Assembly (NCBI GenBank): GCA_951406725.2
Contig: OX597831.1
Location: 47,244,001-47,308,000 of the forward strand
DNA: 64,000 nucleotides
Direction: 5' to 3'
From: Octopus vulgaris
Lineage: Eukaryota
The first letter of the stretch is position 1. Each line of letters begins with the position of its first letter. The position numbers and the translations under genes are program-made. Of the stretch, positions 12,295-25,329 are shown in pieces. The notes under the pieces are model-generated. The model ran no database searches. It saw only the letters and a list, made by a program, of their open reading frames with translations, and was not told the origin of the DNA.

Positions 12295-14090
12295 TACATT
12301 CTCCCACTAAATATGTGGCCTTGTACCTATATTAGAAATCATTATTTTATACTGTTAGATTTATTATTAAATTTAGCCTTTCATACTTCAGATATTGTTA
12401 TTGTGCTACCAAGTAAATCTAATGCTGTGGTAGTACAAGCTTCCTCTTTATTTTTTTCTGTCAAAACTAATACAATTGATTTACTCTATAGAGTAATTAT
12501 AGCTTGGAAAAAAAATCCTGCTGCTTGGTGTATCAATAAATAATTAATATACCTCTGAAAAATCCTAGCATACAATGATGGTTGCAATTGATTAACAGAA
12601 TTATGTTCTACACATGATTAGCTTTCCTCTTCAGGCACAAACAATACTTCAGACCCCCATCAATGGCAAACTCTCTTCAAAGCTCACTTGGGACCCACTA
12701 TCTATCTGGTTGGGTGACTTGCCTGGACCAACACAATTCTTCCATGCCAGTCCTCTTTTGCAGTCTTCATATCCCTAACTTGATATCCTCCGTCTTCCAC
12801 AAGTTGACTGATACTTGCTCTTCTTGGTCTGCCAATAATACTTGTATGTCCATGCATGAGTTTTCAGAGAAGGAGATTACTGGAGAAGGAGAAGGAAATG
12901 ACCACTGAGAACCACAATGCAGTATCACTGCTCCCATATTTGGTACAGTGCTGCTGCTACATCCACAGATATTCTGGACTACATCAAAGGAAAAGCCGCT
13001 TGAATTTTTGGTATGAAAACCATCACCAGCACATTCCAGCCTCCGGCCCACAAATATGTTGTCTCCTCTGTTGTTTTTATCATTACTGTAGTGGCCTCTT
13101 CTCCCCAGATTTAGCTGGCTTTGTGACACCTCCATTCAGACACTCTCAACTCATTCATCCATCTTTTTTCTTATCCTTAATATTGTGTTCACCTTTCTCC
13201 CCTTGCAGACCCTGCAATAAACAGCATGTCCTGTCTATCCTCATCAGAATGTTGTTCCTATGGAATTCTCACAATACTCGTGTTTTTGCTGCATTTGTCT
13301 GCTTGTAACTGTTCAAGAAGAACCTTCACTGCATCAATCTCAATGGTTTTGGAAGCCTGTGTATGCCATGGGTCCAGCTACTTGTTCAAAACCAATTCAA
13401 TTGTATTAATAAAATAAAAATCTAACTTTCTGTTGTAATAAGGAACCCACAATATCAAGGACTTAGAGATTGAGAAGAAAAATTCTGTGGACCCCACTTG
13501 ATATTGAAGATGTTAATAATAATAAAGATATAATACTCTTTAGCTTTATCTCTTGTTTTAATCATTGAACTGTGGCCATGCTGGAGCACTACTGTGAAGG
13601 ATTTAAACAACAAATTGACCACAGTACTTATTTTTTATTAAGACTAGTACTTATTCTATCAGTCTTTTTTGCCAAACTGCTAAGTTATAGGGATGTAAAC
13701 CCATAAATAAACCACCATTTGGTTGAGTAAAATTATTGTATTACTTCCATTACTGTAATATATGTTTCAATATTGATCATGGATATTGAAATTCAAAGTA
13801 TACAATATTTGTAAAAGTTTGGATGGTCATAGCTGGTATGCTTTTTATCATAGATCTGCTCTCTTACTGCAGTCATAGGACTAAGCAGTCATTACACAGA
13901 ATTTTTTTTCAACAACAAACCTTATTTTATCTGATAGCTACCAAAACTCCTCTAATATTTTCTAGTACAGGATTGTACCGGAGAGTGCTGTAGCTATTAA
14001 AATAGGATGCTTCTTGATTTCAGAATACTTTCATCCTCTTTAATATGTACTTTAGCACTTAGTATACCATTGTTAATATTAGTGTTCCAC

Positions 14091-14530
14091 TAAGGGCACA
14101 GCTGGTAGAATTGTGAGCATGCCAGACAATATACTAATGGCATTTCATCCATCTTTTACGTTCTGAGTTCAAATTCTGCCAAGGTTGACTTTGCCTTTCA
14201 TCCTTTTGGGGTCAATAAAATAAGTACCAGTTGAGCACTGGTGTTGATGTAATCGATTTACCCACTTCCTTGAAATTGCTGGCCTTGTGCCGAAATTTGA
14301 AATAATATTAGTACTACTCAAGGCAGTGAGCTGGCAGAGTTGTTAGCATGCTGAGCAAAACTCCTTATCAGCATTTCATCCATCTTTATGTTCTGAGTTC
14401 AAGATCCACCAAGGTCAACTTTGCCTTTCTCCCTTTCAGGGTTGATAGTGTAAGTACCAGTTGAGCACTGGTGGTTGATGTAATCGACTTAGTCCCTCCC
14501 CTGAAAGTACTGATCTTGTGCCAAAAGCAT
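14091..14530 (+). mobile_element. Two head-to-tail SINE family A copies
   Basis: Two complete cores flanked by tattagtgttcc. Confidence 0.85.
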
Positions 14531-15923
14531 TATTAGTGTTCCTCTTATATTCAAACTGGTATTTAGGACTGGTAAATCTAATAGTTGCTGTGTGGCTAAG
14601 ATGCTTGGCATGAAGCTAAAAGGTCACAGATTCATCATGCTCTGTTATTTTTTACTTGTTTCAGTCATTGGGCTATGGCCAGCTGGCACACCCTAGCATT
14701 AATGTGTTTTTTTTTAAAGTCTGGTAGTTATTGTATCAGTCTCTTTTGTCAAACCAATAAAGTTACAAGAATGTAAACAACAAAACAACACCAGTTGTCA
14801 AGCATTGGTGGGGGACAAACATAACCATGCATGCACGCACACACACATGCCTACATGTCCACACACACACACATATGTATGTATGTATTAATATATACAT
14901 ATATATGCGATGTGTTTCCACTCAATTTTTCTATACTCTATTCACTCACAATATATAGTAGAAGACACTTATGCAAGGTGCTGCAGTGAGATTGAACCCA
15001 AAACTATATGATTGCAAAGTGGGATTCTTAACCATCCCCCGCCCCCACACTACCCATGCACATTGTACTTTGTGTATCTTTGCGAAAATTATATTACTCC
15101 TCCTCCTCCTCCTCATCATCATCATCATCAAACTACCCAACTGTTCCATCATCATCATCATTTTTACATTCCACTTTTCCATGCTGACTTGGGTTGGTTG
15201 TTTCTTCTTCAACACTGCATCTCACCAATTGTTTATATGCTTTCCTCATCATCTATTTCTATGATGTTCAATGTTCCAAGATCAGCTTCCACCACCGATG
15301 TCCAATGTCATCATTAGTAATCCTCCCTCACAGTCTCCATCTGCATAGATCTCCTGTCACTTCTTTATCCAAGTCTCATTATCCATCTATATATCACATC
15401 ATATATCACATATAAAATTTGCCCTGTTTATAATTATACCGTATGTTACGTATATATTATTATCATACCCTGATACTGTGTGAACTAAGATCCCTGTTGA
15501 CAGGCCACTGGTATTTATAGTGTTAAACACTTTTGCTATGCAAATTAGGGACTCTTTCATAGAATAACTGCTACATTTGTTGAGTATATAAACAGTTTGG
15601 CTGCTTGATTCTCTGGAGATTATCAAGGCATTGGCTGAGGCTGTAGTAAAAAAATACTTGGCCAAGGTAATGCACACTAAGACTGGACCTGAAACCATGT
15701 GTGATTGTAAGCCAAATGTCTTAACCACACAGCCATACTTACTCTGTCAGTGTACTTCAAATATGTATCTTCTCATCAGTGAGGCTCAGCCTTTTAAATT
15801 TGAACTGTTTCTAACTTGGCTTACCTCTAATATTTTTCTCTTTTCTGTTTTTTCTCTTTTACTTCTGACAAATGAACTAACAATAATACCTCAGGCTAAT
15901 AAGAAAGCCTTTATGTCATTCAG

Positions 15924-15981
15924 CCTGCTAGAATGAAATCTCTATCAAATTTACTGCTAGAATGAAATCTCTATCAAATTT
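15924..15981. repeat. Short tandem duplication
   Basis: ctgctagaatgaaatctctatcaaattt occurs twice. Confidence 0.85.
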
Positions 15982-16319
15982 CACCCTACCACCTTTAATA
16001 AAGAAAAGATGCATTAGATATTTTGCTCTAGATATGTGAAAACCTGCAGAATGAAAAAATACTTTTCTTGAAAACCGGTAAGGGCTGGCAATGGGTAGGG
16101 CATCGAGATATAGAATACTGGTTCAATGAGTCTCTCACAGACCATGCCAGGAAAGAAAAACTGGATTTTAAAATGATGATGATGATGATGGTGACTGGTG
16201 ATAATGTTATTTTTTTTTAAATGGTTTATTTCAACATGGAAACCTTGTTGCTATATTTCCCATCTTCCTTTTTTTTTCTCACCTGATTTTCTCATTTTTT
16301 TCTTTGACTCTTTTTGTAG

Positions 16320-16416
16320 ATCCAAGATGATGTGAACAAACAGGAAAATGACTACACAAGAGTACTTGATAAGTTCAAAGTTGACAAAGCCAGATACGAT
16401 GATTTATGTGCAAAAG
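16320..16416 (+). CDS. FER: Fer/Fes F-BAR exon, 97 nt, phase 0-1 (IQDDVNKQENDY...YDDLCAK)
   Basis: Long polypyrimidine tract + tgtag|, G|gtaagt donor, open frame. Confidence 0.92.
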
Positions 16417-16515
16417 GTAAGTTTAATTTCTTTTGTTATGTATGCTTGATGTTTTCCCTTAATGAAACTACAGACAAAATCATTGAAATTATAAAAATAT
16501 TTCTTCTAGCCTTAA

Positions 16516-16736
16516 CCCTTTTGTTACCAACCCGGCTGAAACCAGCTCTGGCTCTTTAATACAGATGTCTTGTTTTCATGAGTTTTGAATTAAAATCTTC
16601 CACCAAACCTTAGTCACAATTTATGTTCCTAACACTAGCTGAATGATAAATAAGTTACTTTACTAAATTCTTTGTTATATTTAAAGTAACTGAAAGAAAC
16701 ACAGAGCATCTCAAAATAAATACAGTAACAAAAGGA
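16516..16736. mobile_element. piggyBac-like MITE
   Basis: TTAA-cccttttgttac ... gtaacaaaagga-TTAA. Confidence 0.8.
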
Positions 16737-17700
16737 TTAATTACTAAGTATTCTTTTATGTAGTTAGGTTGGTTGGTTGGTTACTAAGGGGTAAATGACA
16801 AAACGTTGGTAACAATGTAATAAAGTCTCTTAACTTACGTTCAGTCTGCTTGTGGATGAGAGGCCTGTTGATAACAACAGATGATTTAGAGAAATCTACA
16901 CTTTTTATGACATACATATGTGTTATTTGCAGCACCTACTTTGACACTATAATAACAAATTTATATGCATCCGTTCAGGGTTTTTTTTTTATTATTTTAA
17001 ACGTAACTTAGCCAGAGGAAGAAGGATGGCCCTATCCTAATGTCTTTTCAAAAACTCTGAGACTGCTGGGAGGAAGGAAGAGCGGAAAGGAAGAAGTTGT
17101 ATCAGATAAGACACCTGGTTGAAATGTTTTCAACTGTATGCTTCATGGAAAGGTTTCATGAGCTAGATAGAAGTTTTGATGAAGACCTTCGACATGGTTG
17201 AACAACCAATCCCAACTAGTTGGGATTCACAGTGCAGGTTGTACTATTCATCCTTTCAGTTGCTAAATACAAAATGTGGCTTGCAAGGCCTCCACTCAAG
17301 TGATTTTTCCTGCATTACTGTCTCACCTTAGTATGCCAATCTGTCACAAAGTTACCCATTTTCAGGTGAGTGGACAGGAGCAATGTGAAGTAAGGTGTTT
17401 TATGCAAGAACATAATGTATAGCTGGTCTGGGAACCAAAACCAAGATCTCGTGACTGTGAGTGCAACACCTTGGCCATTAGGCCACGTGTCTTCATAAGT
17501 TTTAAACTAGATGACAGATTAAATCTACCAATGAAAAAGAGGGAAATCCTTCTGATGAGGTTTCCACACCATTTCCATCTGCTAAATTTCACTTAGAAGG
17601 TTTTGATTAATACAAGGTTATGGTAGAAGATATTTGCCCAAAGTACCGTATAGAAGGATTGAATCAGAAACCATGTAATTAGAAGCAACTATGCCTTGCC

Positions 17701-18080
17701 TCATCATCATCATCATCATCACCATCATCGTTTAACTTCCGTTTTCCATGCTGGCATGGGTTGGACAGTTCAACTGGGGTCTGGGAAGCCAGGAGGCTGC
17801 ACCAGGCTCCAATCTGATCTGGCAGTGTTTCTACAGCTGGATGCCCTTCCTAACGCCAACCACTACAAGAGTGTAGTGGGCACTTTTTACATGCCATTGG
17901 CACAGGGGCCAGAGGTGGCTGGCATTGACGACATTTGGATGGTGCTTTTACATGCCACCGGCACATGAGCCAGAGGGGGCTGGCATCGACCACGTTTGGA
18001 TGGTGCTTTTACCTGCCACCAGCACAGGAGCCAGTCAAGGCGGTGCTGGCATCAGCCACGTTCGGATGGTGCTTTTTGGT
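17701..18080 (-). mobile_element. RTE 3'-end-derived element (family D) with repeated internal modules
   Basis: Homologous to the LINE 3' UTR; ggatggtgctttt module repeated. Confidence 0.8.
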
Positions 18081-18324
18081 GGGGAGTAGGAGAGGGATGG
18101 TTATTTTCCCCATCTTCAAAGATGTGCTCAAATCTCATCAAGATTTCTGTTGTTTCTAGTCTTGCTGATGGCACGACAACCTCCATAGTACAGGTAACAC
18201 AATAAAATGCATCCAGAAAACCCTGTAAAGTGTTTGGTGTTAGAAAGAGCATCGAGCTATAGAATCCGTATGCAAGCAAAATGTAGTCCTCTGACCCTAT
18301 TAGATGGGCAGTAACTCCAAATAA

Positions 18325-18554
18325 GGCGACGAGCTAGCAGAAACGTTAGCACAATGGGCAAAATGTTTAGTGGTATTTCGTCTGTCTTTACGTTCTGAGT
18401 TCAAATTCCTCTGAGGTCGACTTTGACTTTCATCCTTTCAGGGTCGATTAAATAAGTACCAGTTATGCACTGGGGTCGATATAATCGACTTAATCCGTTT
18501 GTCTGTCCTTGTTTGTCCTCTCTGTGTAGCCCCTTGTGGGCAGTAAAGAAATAA
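18325..18554 (+). mobile_element. tRNA-derived SINE family A (Meta/MESC-type core), full length with TSD
   Basis: A/B-box-like head (gagttcaaattcc) and core ctttcatcctttcagggtcgattaaataagtaccag. Perfect 15-bp TSD agtaactccaaataa. Confidence 0.9.
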
Positions 18555-18749
18555 AGTAACTCCAAATAACTGACTCAGATTGTGACAACCTGCCTAAATC
18601 ATACCAGTTTGAAAATTGTGCATAAGCATGGTGGTGGTGGTGGTGGCGGTGGTGGCGGCAGTGGCAGGTAGATATATTCAACTTAACAAATTTACTACAT
18701 ATTTACTGAATATATTTTGAGATGAACCAGCATATTTAAATTCTAGCAT

Positions 18750-19356
18750 CTTTTATCTTTTACTTCATTAAACTATGATCATGCTAGGGCACCGCCTTGA
18801 ATAATTTCTAGTTTAATGAATTGACTCCAATACTTATTATTTTTTTTTTAGACCTGGTACTTATTCAACTGGTCTCTTTTACTGAACTGCTAAGTTACGA
18901 GGACATAAACACACCAACACCTGTTGCTCAGTGCTGCTGGGTTACAAAGACAAAGACACGCTTGCACACACACATATATCTGTATATACAATGAGCTTCT
19001 TTCAGTTTCTCTACCAAATGCACTCACAAGATTTTGGCCAGCCTGAGGCTATATTGAAAGATACTTGCCCAAGGTGCCATGCAATGGGAGTGAACTCAAA
19101 GCCATGTGGCTGGGAAGGAAACTTCTTACCACACAGCCATGTCTGCACATACTCTTCACTTGTTTCAGTCTTTTGACTGCGGCTATGCTGAAGCACTGCT
19201 TTTTTTAGTTGAGCAAATCGACCCCAGGACTTATTCTTTGGAAGCCTAGTACTTATTCTATCGGTCGATTTTGCCAAACCGCTAAGTTACGAGGATGTAA
19301 ACTTACCAACATCAGTTTTCAAGTGATTTGGGGGGAACAAACACAGACACACAAAC

Positions 19357-19401
<45 letters not shown>

Positions 19402-19567
19402 CTTATATACAACGGGCTTCTTTCAGTTTCCGTCTACCAAATCCACTTACAAGGCTTTGGTCGGCTGGAGGCTATTGTAGGAGACACTTGCCCAAGGTGC
19501 CACGCAGTGGGACTGAACCCGGAACCATGTGGTTCGTAAGCAAGCAATTTGCCACACAGCCACTCTT
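18750..19567 (-). mobile_element. Two tandem SINE family B copies
   Basis: Older copy at about 18750-19148 and younger copy at 19151-19567. Confidence 0.85.
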
Positions 19568-19652
19568 ACACCAACTTTAATTCATTTTTTTTTTTTTTTA
19601 AATATCTAAATTTTTAATTTAATTTCTTAACTCCACTCCTCTTTGTTTACAG

Positions 19653-19842
19653 GAAAAATAAAAAAAATTGAAGATGCTAAGTCGCACTACCTTCGAACAA
19701 CATCCAAACTGCACAAACTACACAATGAATATATCATTGCAATTAAAGTAGCTTCATTACACCAGAACGATTATCTTGTCAAACTTCTCCCTTCATTTCT
19801 GACACACCATGAAGAAACACACATTGGTCTCACCGAAGGATG
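19653..19842 (+). CDS. FER: Fer/Fes F-BAR exon, 190 nt, phase 1-2 (KIKKIEDAKSHY...KLHKLHNEYII...LLP)
   Basis: ttacag| and TG|gtaaga. Contains the KLHxLHNxY motif typical of the Fer/Fes F-BAR. Confidence 0.93.
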
Positions 19843-19949
19843 GTAAGATTCTGTTCTTTAAGCAATCTAATTTATTTAAATACATTATTACCTCTCTTGT
19901 ATGATATCTTTAGGTAGTATCATATGGCATATACTACTATTAGATATTC

Positions 19950-20364
19950 GGATCTTTTCGGTTTGAACGGCAGTTTTTTCTAGCGGTGTCATATGAAATT
20001 GTCACCCATAATTATGACCCTAGTATTGATCTATTGCATTTCAATCTGTTTTAGGGTTAGGGTTAGGGGTGGGGGGAAGGGTGTCTTTTTTTCTTCACAA
20101 ATGTAAATAAACCCAATCTGTTTCTTAAACAAGGGACACATTCATACGACACAATGTTTTTTACCTCAACAGACATCAGTGATTGGTTGAAATTGCAGAA
20201 ATTGAAGAAAAAAACAACAAATATCTTTCAAACTATAGAATTTTCTCAATAAAGCCAAGAGAAAAAGATGTTTTATAAACACATTCTACCAGTATACGAA
20301 GTTTAAAATTTTTTTAGTTACCGAGAAATTATGTTAAAAACTGCCATTCAAACCAAAAAGATCC
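19950..20364. mobile_element. MITE with 30-bp TIRs and 8-bp TSD (Merlin-like), containing TTAGGG repeats
   Basis: ggatcttttcggtttgaacggcagtttttt ... aaaaaactgccattcaaaccaaaaagatcc. TSD agatattc at 19942-19949 and 20365-20372. Confidence 0.88.
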
Positions 20365-20677
20365 AGATATTCTGTAGGTAACATTGCTACTTTGCATTGT
20401 AATGTGTGACGATATTACTATTTAGTATCATGCATGATGTTATAACATTACTGTTTTTTATTATAATATGACATGATAGTCTGATATCATAATTTGATAA
20501 CATTACTATTTAGTATTACATGATAGCCTTACTTTTTTTTTTTGTATTATAAAGCATAAGTATTCGATATAGTAATATGTGAACATTTATCTTTGGAATT
20601 ATTACATGGTATGATTATTGTTTGGTATTATACTGTGATAGCATGACTATTAGGTTCTATAATATGTGATAATATTT

Positions 20678-20970
20678 ATTATATGTGATAATATTTGTTC
20701 TTATAGTATGGGATAGCATTAATATGTGATAATATCTGTTCTTACAATATGGGATAGCATTAATATGTGATAATATTTGTTCTCACAATATGGGATAGCA
20801 TTATTATGTGATAATATTTGTACTTATAATATGGGATAGCATTAATGTGATAATATTTGTTCTTACAATATGGAATAGCATAAATATGTGATAATATTTG
20901 TTCTTACAATATGGGATAGCATTAATATGTGATAATATTTGTTATTATAATATAGAATAGTATTAATATT
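20678..20970. repeat. 41-bp minisatellite, about 7 copies
   Basis: Unit taatatgtgataatatttgttcttacaatatgggatagcat. Confidence 0.92.
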
Positions 20971-20990
20971 TGATATTATATTCTAGAGTA

Positions 20991-21211
20991 AGGCAGCAGG
21001 CTGGTAGGGTTGTTGCCGTGTCAGAAAAAGTGCTTAGCAGCATTACTTCTGACATTGTGTTCTGAGTTCAAATGCTGCCAGGGTCTACTTTGTCTTTCTT
21101 CATTCCAGATTGATAAAATAAGTACCAGTTGGGTAGGTATTGGGGTGTTGATGTAATCAACATATCCTCTCCTCCTAAATTGCTGGCCTTGTGCTAAAAT
21201 TTGAAACTGCG
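20991..21211 (+). mobile_element. SINE family A with TSD
   Basis: Family core; 16-bp TSD attatattctaragta. Confidence 0.85.
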
Positions 21212-21699
21212 ATTATATTCTAAAGTAGGTTTAGAAAGGTGTTTTGGGGTAGTGTTTTTGTTGTTTAGCCCTAGGTCAGTCTTACTATGTTCTTTTTACA
21301 TTTGAAACGCGTGGATATGGTTTAAAGAAGACTTAGTTGCTATTTCCAGCAGACTGACCAGCCATTATAGGGGCTATCAGTTGGTTTATATTGATGTTTA
21401 ATCAATCTTGAATAAGCAGGCCTTTGATCAAAGTCACTTTAGCCATGACCATCCTGTCTTTCCCCATATTCAAAGAACCCAGGATCACAAGGTTCAATGT
21501 ATCCCTATTTTTTTAAAACACTGGAGTGTAATTTAAGGGTGATATGATTGCTATTTCTAGCTGGTTGAGTCACCACATAGAAGCTTCCTCATTACTATCA
21601 GATGTCGTATAATAAGACAGAATCATTGGTAACACAATTATTTAAAACACTATTTTAGTTGTTGAGTAGACTCAATGATTACAAACTCATATCACAGAT

Positions 21700-22025
21700 T
21701 TATGTCTAACACTCGTGGACAGGTTTACAAAATCAAAAAACCACACCACGCCCATGACCTTCAGAAACTTTTTTTCACACTCAGAATTAGTGAACCATAG
21801 AATAAACTACCTGCATTAGTTAGTTATTAACTGTTGAGACACTACAACCTTCAAAACTCCTATGTTTCCTGAAATTCCCCAACAGCACACCTGATACCTC
21901 CCACCCCATCCCCATTTCTTCTTTTTTTTTTTTTTGTTAAAGGTTTTTTCACTGTTCACTTCCTGTGCATATTCTATGTACTGTTCCTGCAGTTTTGGTT
22001 ACTTTTTCTGATGTGTTGTAGTGCA
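21700..22025 (+). mobile_element. CR1-type LINE 3' end
   Basis: TRGQ..K...FFTLRISEP*NKLP, resembling the CR1 C-terminal TRGH/FFxxRVxxxWNxLP motifs. Homologous to 42800-43092. Confidence 0.7.
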
Positions 22026-22179
22026 CATGGGTACTGTATGTAGTAAGTCTAGTATTATTATGGAAGGTGTTTGTAAGCCATTTAAGAAACACGCAAAAGC
22101 CGTTCGATTCACTTCAACATTTAGGTTTAATTTGTCAAAATATTTTCAGTGTTTCTTAAATGACTTACAAACACCTTCC

Positions 22180-22218
<39 letters not shown>

Positions 22219-22760
22219 GACTTACTACATACAGTACCTGTGTACCCAGAACGGCTTTTGTGTGTTTCTTAAATGGCTTACAAACACCTTCTACGCTGCA
22301 ATTGTTTTCGTTTCAGCACACGATCTCAGATCAAATCACTTGCTATGCAAGTACATCTCCGTAATATTATTATTATTTGGTAGTAATAAAAATAGATGTA
22401 ATATAAATGTGGAAAGGAAAAAAGAGAAATGAGAAAAATCTGTGTGCTGTTCTACAGGTGTCGTGGTAACAATGGAGGAAGGAAATAGGTACTCAGGGAT
22501 GTGGCTTTCTTTTACAGAGGAGTGGGGTGGGTAGAAATGTTGGAAATGCACAAAAAGAATAATGCACAGCAGCAAAATCTTTGCATGTGTGTGGTGTACT
22601 CTAGTTGGCATGAGTGAGTATGTGTATGAACAAAACAGCATGTATGTGTGTGGGGGATGAGTAATGTGAGAATGCGTTTATGTATGTATTAAGGAAGAGG
22701 AGAAGGAGAGGAGTTATAGGAAATATAAGCTGTTGTTATTGATGTTGTAGGGCAAGGATA

Positions 22761-23172
22761 TTCTTTTACTCTTTCACTTGTTTCAGTCATTTGACTGCGG
22801 CCATGCTGGAGCACTGCCTTTAGTCGAGCAAATCGACCCCAGGACTTATTTTTTGTAAGCCTAGTACTTATTCTATGTCTCTTTTGCCGAACCGCTAAGT
22901 TACGGGGACGTAAACATACCAGCATTGATTGTCAACTGATGTTGGGAGGACAAACACAGACACACAGACACACAAACACACACACACACATATACATATA
23001 CATATATATATGACAGGCATCTTTCAGTTTCCGTTTACCAAATCCACTCACAAGGCTTTGGTCGGCCCAAGTCTATAATAGAAGACACTTACCCAAGGTG
23101 CTATACAGTGGGACTGAACCCAGAACCATATGGTTTGTAAGCAAGCTACTTACCACACAGCCACTCCTGTGC
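22761..23172 (-). mobile_element. SINE family B
   Basis: High similarity to 3303-3720. Confidence 0.88.
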
Positions 23173-23211
23173 CAATATGTGCATAATTTGAAAATAAATC
23201 TTTTTTTTTTC

Positions 23212-23600
23212 TTAAAGTGGCAAAGTTGAAAGGGCTGGAATCAATAGTATTAGAATCAATAATAGAAAGGTGATGGCAGGAATGGTCCCAGGGTTTTGGG
23301 TATTTTGATGCACATCAAGCAAGGACTTTCTGAAATGAGCTGTCAAGTATTGGCTAGTTTCTCCAATGTACAAAGTTTTAAAGAGTTGATATTTGGATAT
23401 AATATTGTTAGGGGAACAAATAAAGTAGTAGGCAACTTGGAAAGTAGATTTAGGACCACACAAAGTTGGTCCCCAAACAATCAGTCACACCTCAACTCTC
23501 TGGCTGGAGAGTAAGAGAGTTGAGGTGTGACTGATTGTTTGGGGATAAGTAATGGGCTGCATTGATGGTAGATTGAGAAAAACCCTGTGCAGGAAGAAAA
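23212..23600 (-). mobile_element. Penelope-like element remnant (GIY-YIG endonuclease fragment)
   Basis: Minus-strand ORF contains LYIGETSQYLTAHFR, resembling YIGETxxxLxxRFxEH. Adjacent to a 32-bp perfect inverted repeat. Confidence 0.6.
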
Positions 23601-24647
23601 TTGATGAATAATTAAGACTAATTTTTATTAATTTGGTCTAATTAAGTTATTACTGATTATTATTTCAACATTAATTTAAGTCAGTCCTTGATATGAGTTT
23701 GCCTATTATAACCACTTTAACCCACATTTCTCATGATTTTCAAAAAAAAGCAGTAATATGATAATATTTAAATAGAATTTCAGTCTAGCAGACCTATGAT
23801 TGAAGGTATTCCAACCATAATCATCCTACATTTTTTTTTTGTATCTAGAACTATAGTATTCAATGTCATATTCCTTTTTGAAGATGGTAGAATGTGATTT
23901 AAAGTATATGCATTTGTTATTTCCAGCAGGTCAAACAGCTGTGTAAAAACTCCTTTATTGGCTCCACTTTTAAAAGGCATAACATAAATAGGCATAGCTC
24001 TTTCATAATTCTGTTTAATTGAAAATCTGCCAAACTGAAAATAGTTGTTTTTCATATTTCATCATATTTCATGGTTGGGTAGTTAGTCCTTGGAAAGGCA
24101 TTCAACTGTAACAACAATTAAACCAGCATTAGGTAACTGTCTAAACTTCAAACTAAAATTTTGGCTCTTTAAACTATGATCTCAACATGGAAAAGTTAAT
24201 ACAAACCCTGCTTATTTTTAAATAATTTACTAGTATATCAATATGATGTTGGTTATCAATAAAGATGTGCATGAAGTTATATAAAATATGCTTAATAAGC
24301 TTTTATTTAGTTTGGGTGTCATGGTTAAACCATAAGGCTTTCAACAGTTTGGAAGAAGAATTGAACTGGCTTATTTCATTTTTCTTAAGACATCAGGGAT
24401 TGCTTTCCTCTACTTAGTTAGAGGTAAGCCATCTCTGAAGACCTTTTGAATAGACAAAACTACGTGGTTTGATCCTCATTTCACAAGACTAGATTTTATT
24501 AGAACTCATATTTATGACTTCATGTACATATTATTGACTATTTTTTTCTAGTTTATTTTGTAAATAACAGTTATAATGTTATTAATTATTTTGTAATTCT
24601 TTTAATAAAATCTTGTACTACTTACTTTTCTTTTCTTTTTTTTCTAG

Positions 24648-24785
24648 GAAATACATTTTGTCTCAGTATACTCAACTGACAGATCTGACCATGTCAAAAC
24701 CCAGTTCCCCCACAAGTATAATATCCAAGAGTGTTAATAATATTGAACCAGACCAATATTTTCAGGACTTTGTTGCCAAACATAA
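24648..24785 (+). CDS. FER: Fer/Fes F-BAR exon, 138 nt, phase 2-2 (KYILSQYTQLTDL...IEPDQYFQDFVAKH)
   Basis: tttctag| and AA|gtacgc. First base completes the TGG codon begun in the previous exon. Confidence 0.9.
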
Positions 24786-25287
24786 GTACGCAGTGTATAC
24801 ATTTGGCCATTTTCTTTCTTTCTTTCCAAGGAATTTTAAGTGTTAAATTACCAAAATCATACCACCTTACTATTCTTTACATATAAGACTGGCTTTAGAC
24901 TTTGGAGAGATACCAAAGAAGTAATACTCACACACATGCAACTCTGTGTGTATGTGTGTGTATGGGAAAAGGGAGGGAGAGGGAGAGAGGTACATGATTA
25001 TCTGTATATTATCTTTTATTGAATGGCTGAATTTCCTTTGAACTGCATCACTTTAGATAGTTACCTCTCTCTAGGGAGTATGTACCATAAAAAAATACAC
25101 ACACATGTACCTGTGTATCTTTCTCACCTTTGTTTTTTATCAGTCTGTATATACATACATATATACATGCATATATAAGTGTATGCACACACACACACAC
25201 TCACAGAATATGAGGTACAAAAACATTAGAAGTGCTCTGTACAAGTATATATTACAAGTGTGCAAAATCTTATATTTCTCACAAAAA

Positions 25288-25329
<42 letters not shown>

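Noticed and set aside
12640-13400. Overlapping 122-aa and 150-aa ORFs
   Set aside because: No recognisable domain or compatible splice sites. Probably an old decayed LINE fragment, too degraded to classify.
20051-20069. TTAGGG repeats as a telomere or fusion scar
   Set aside because: Only three units, located inside a TIR/TSD-bounded element.
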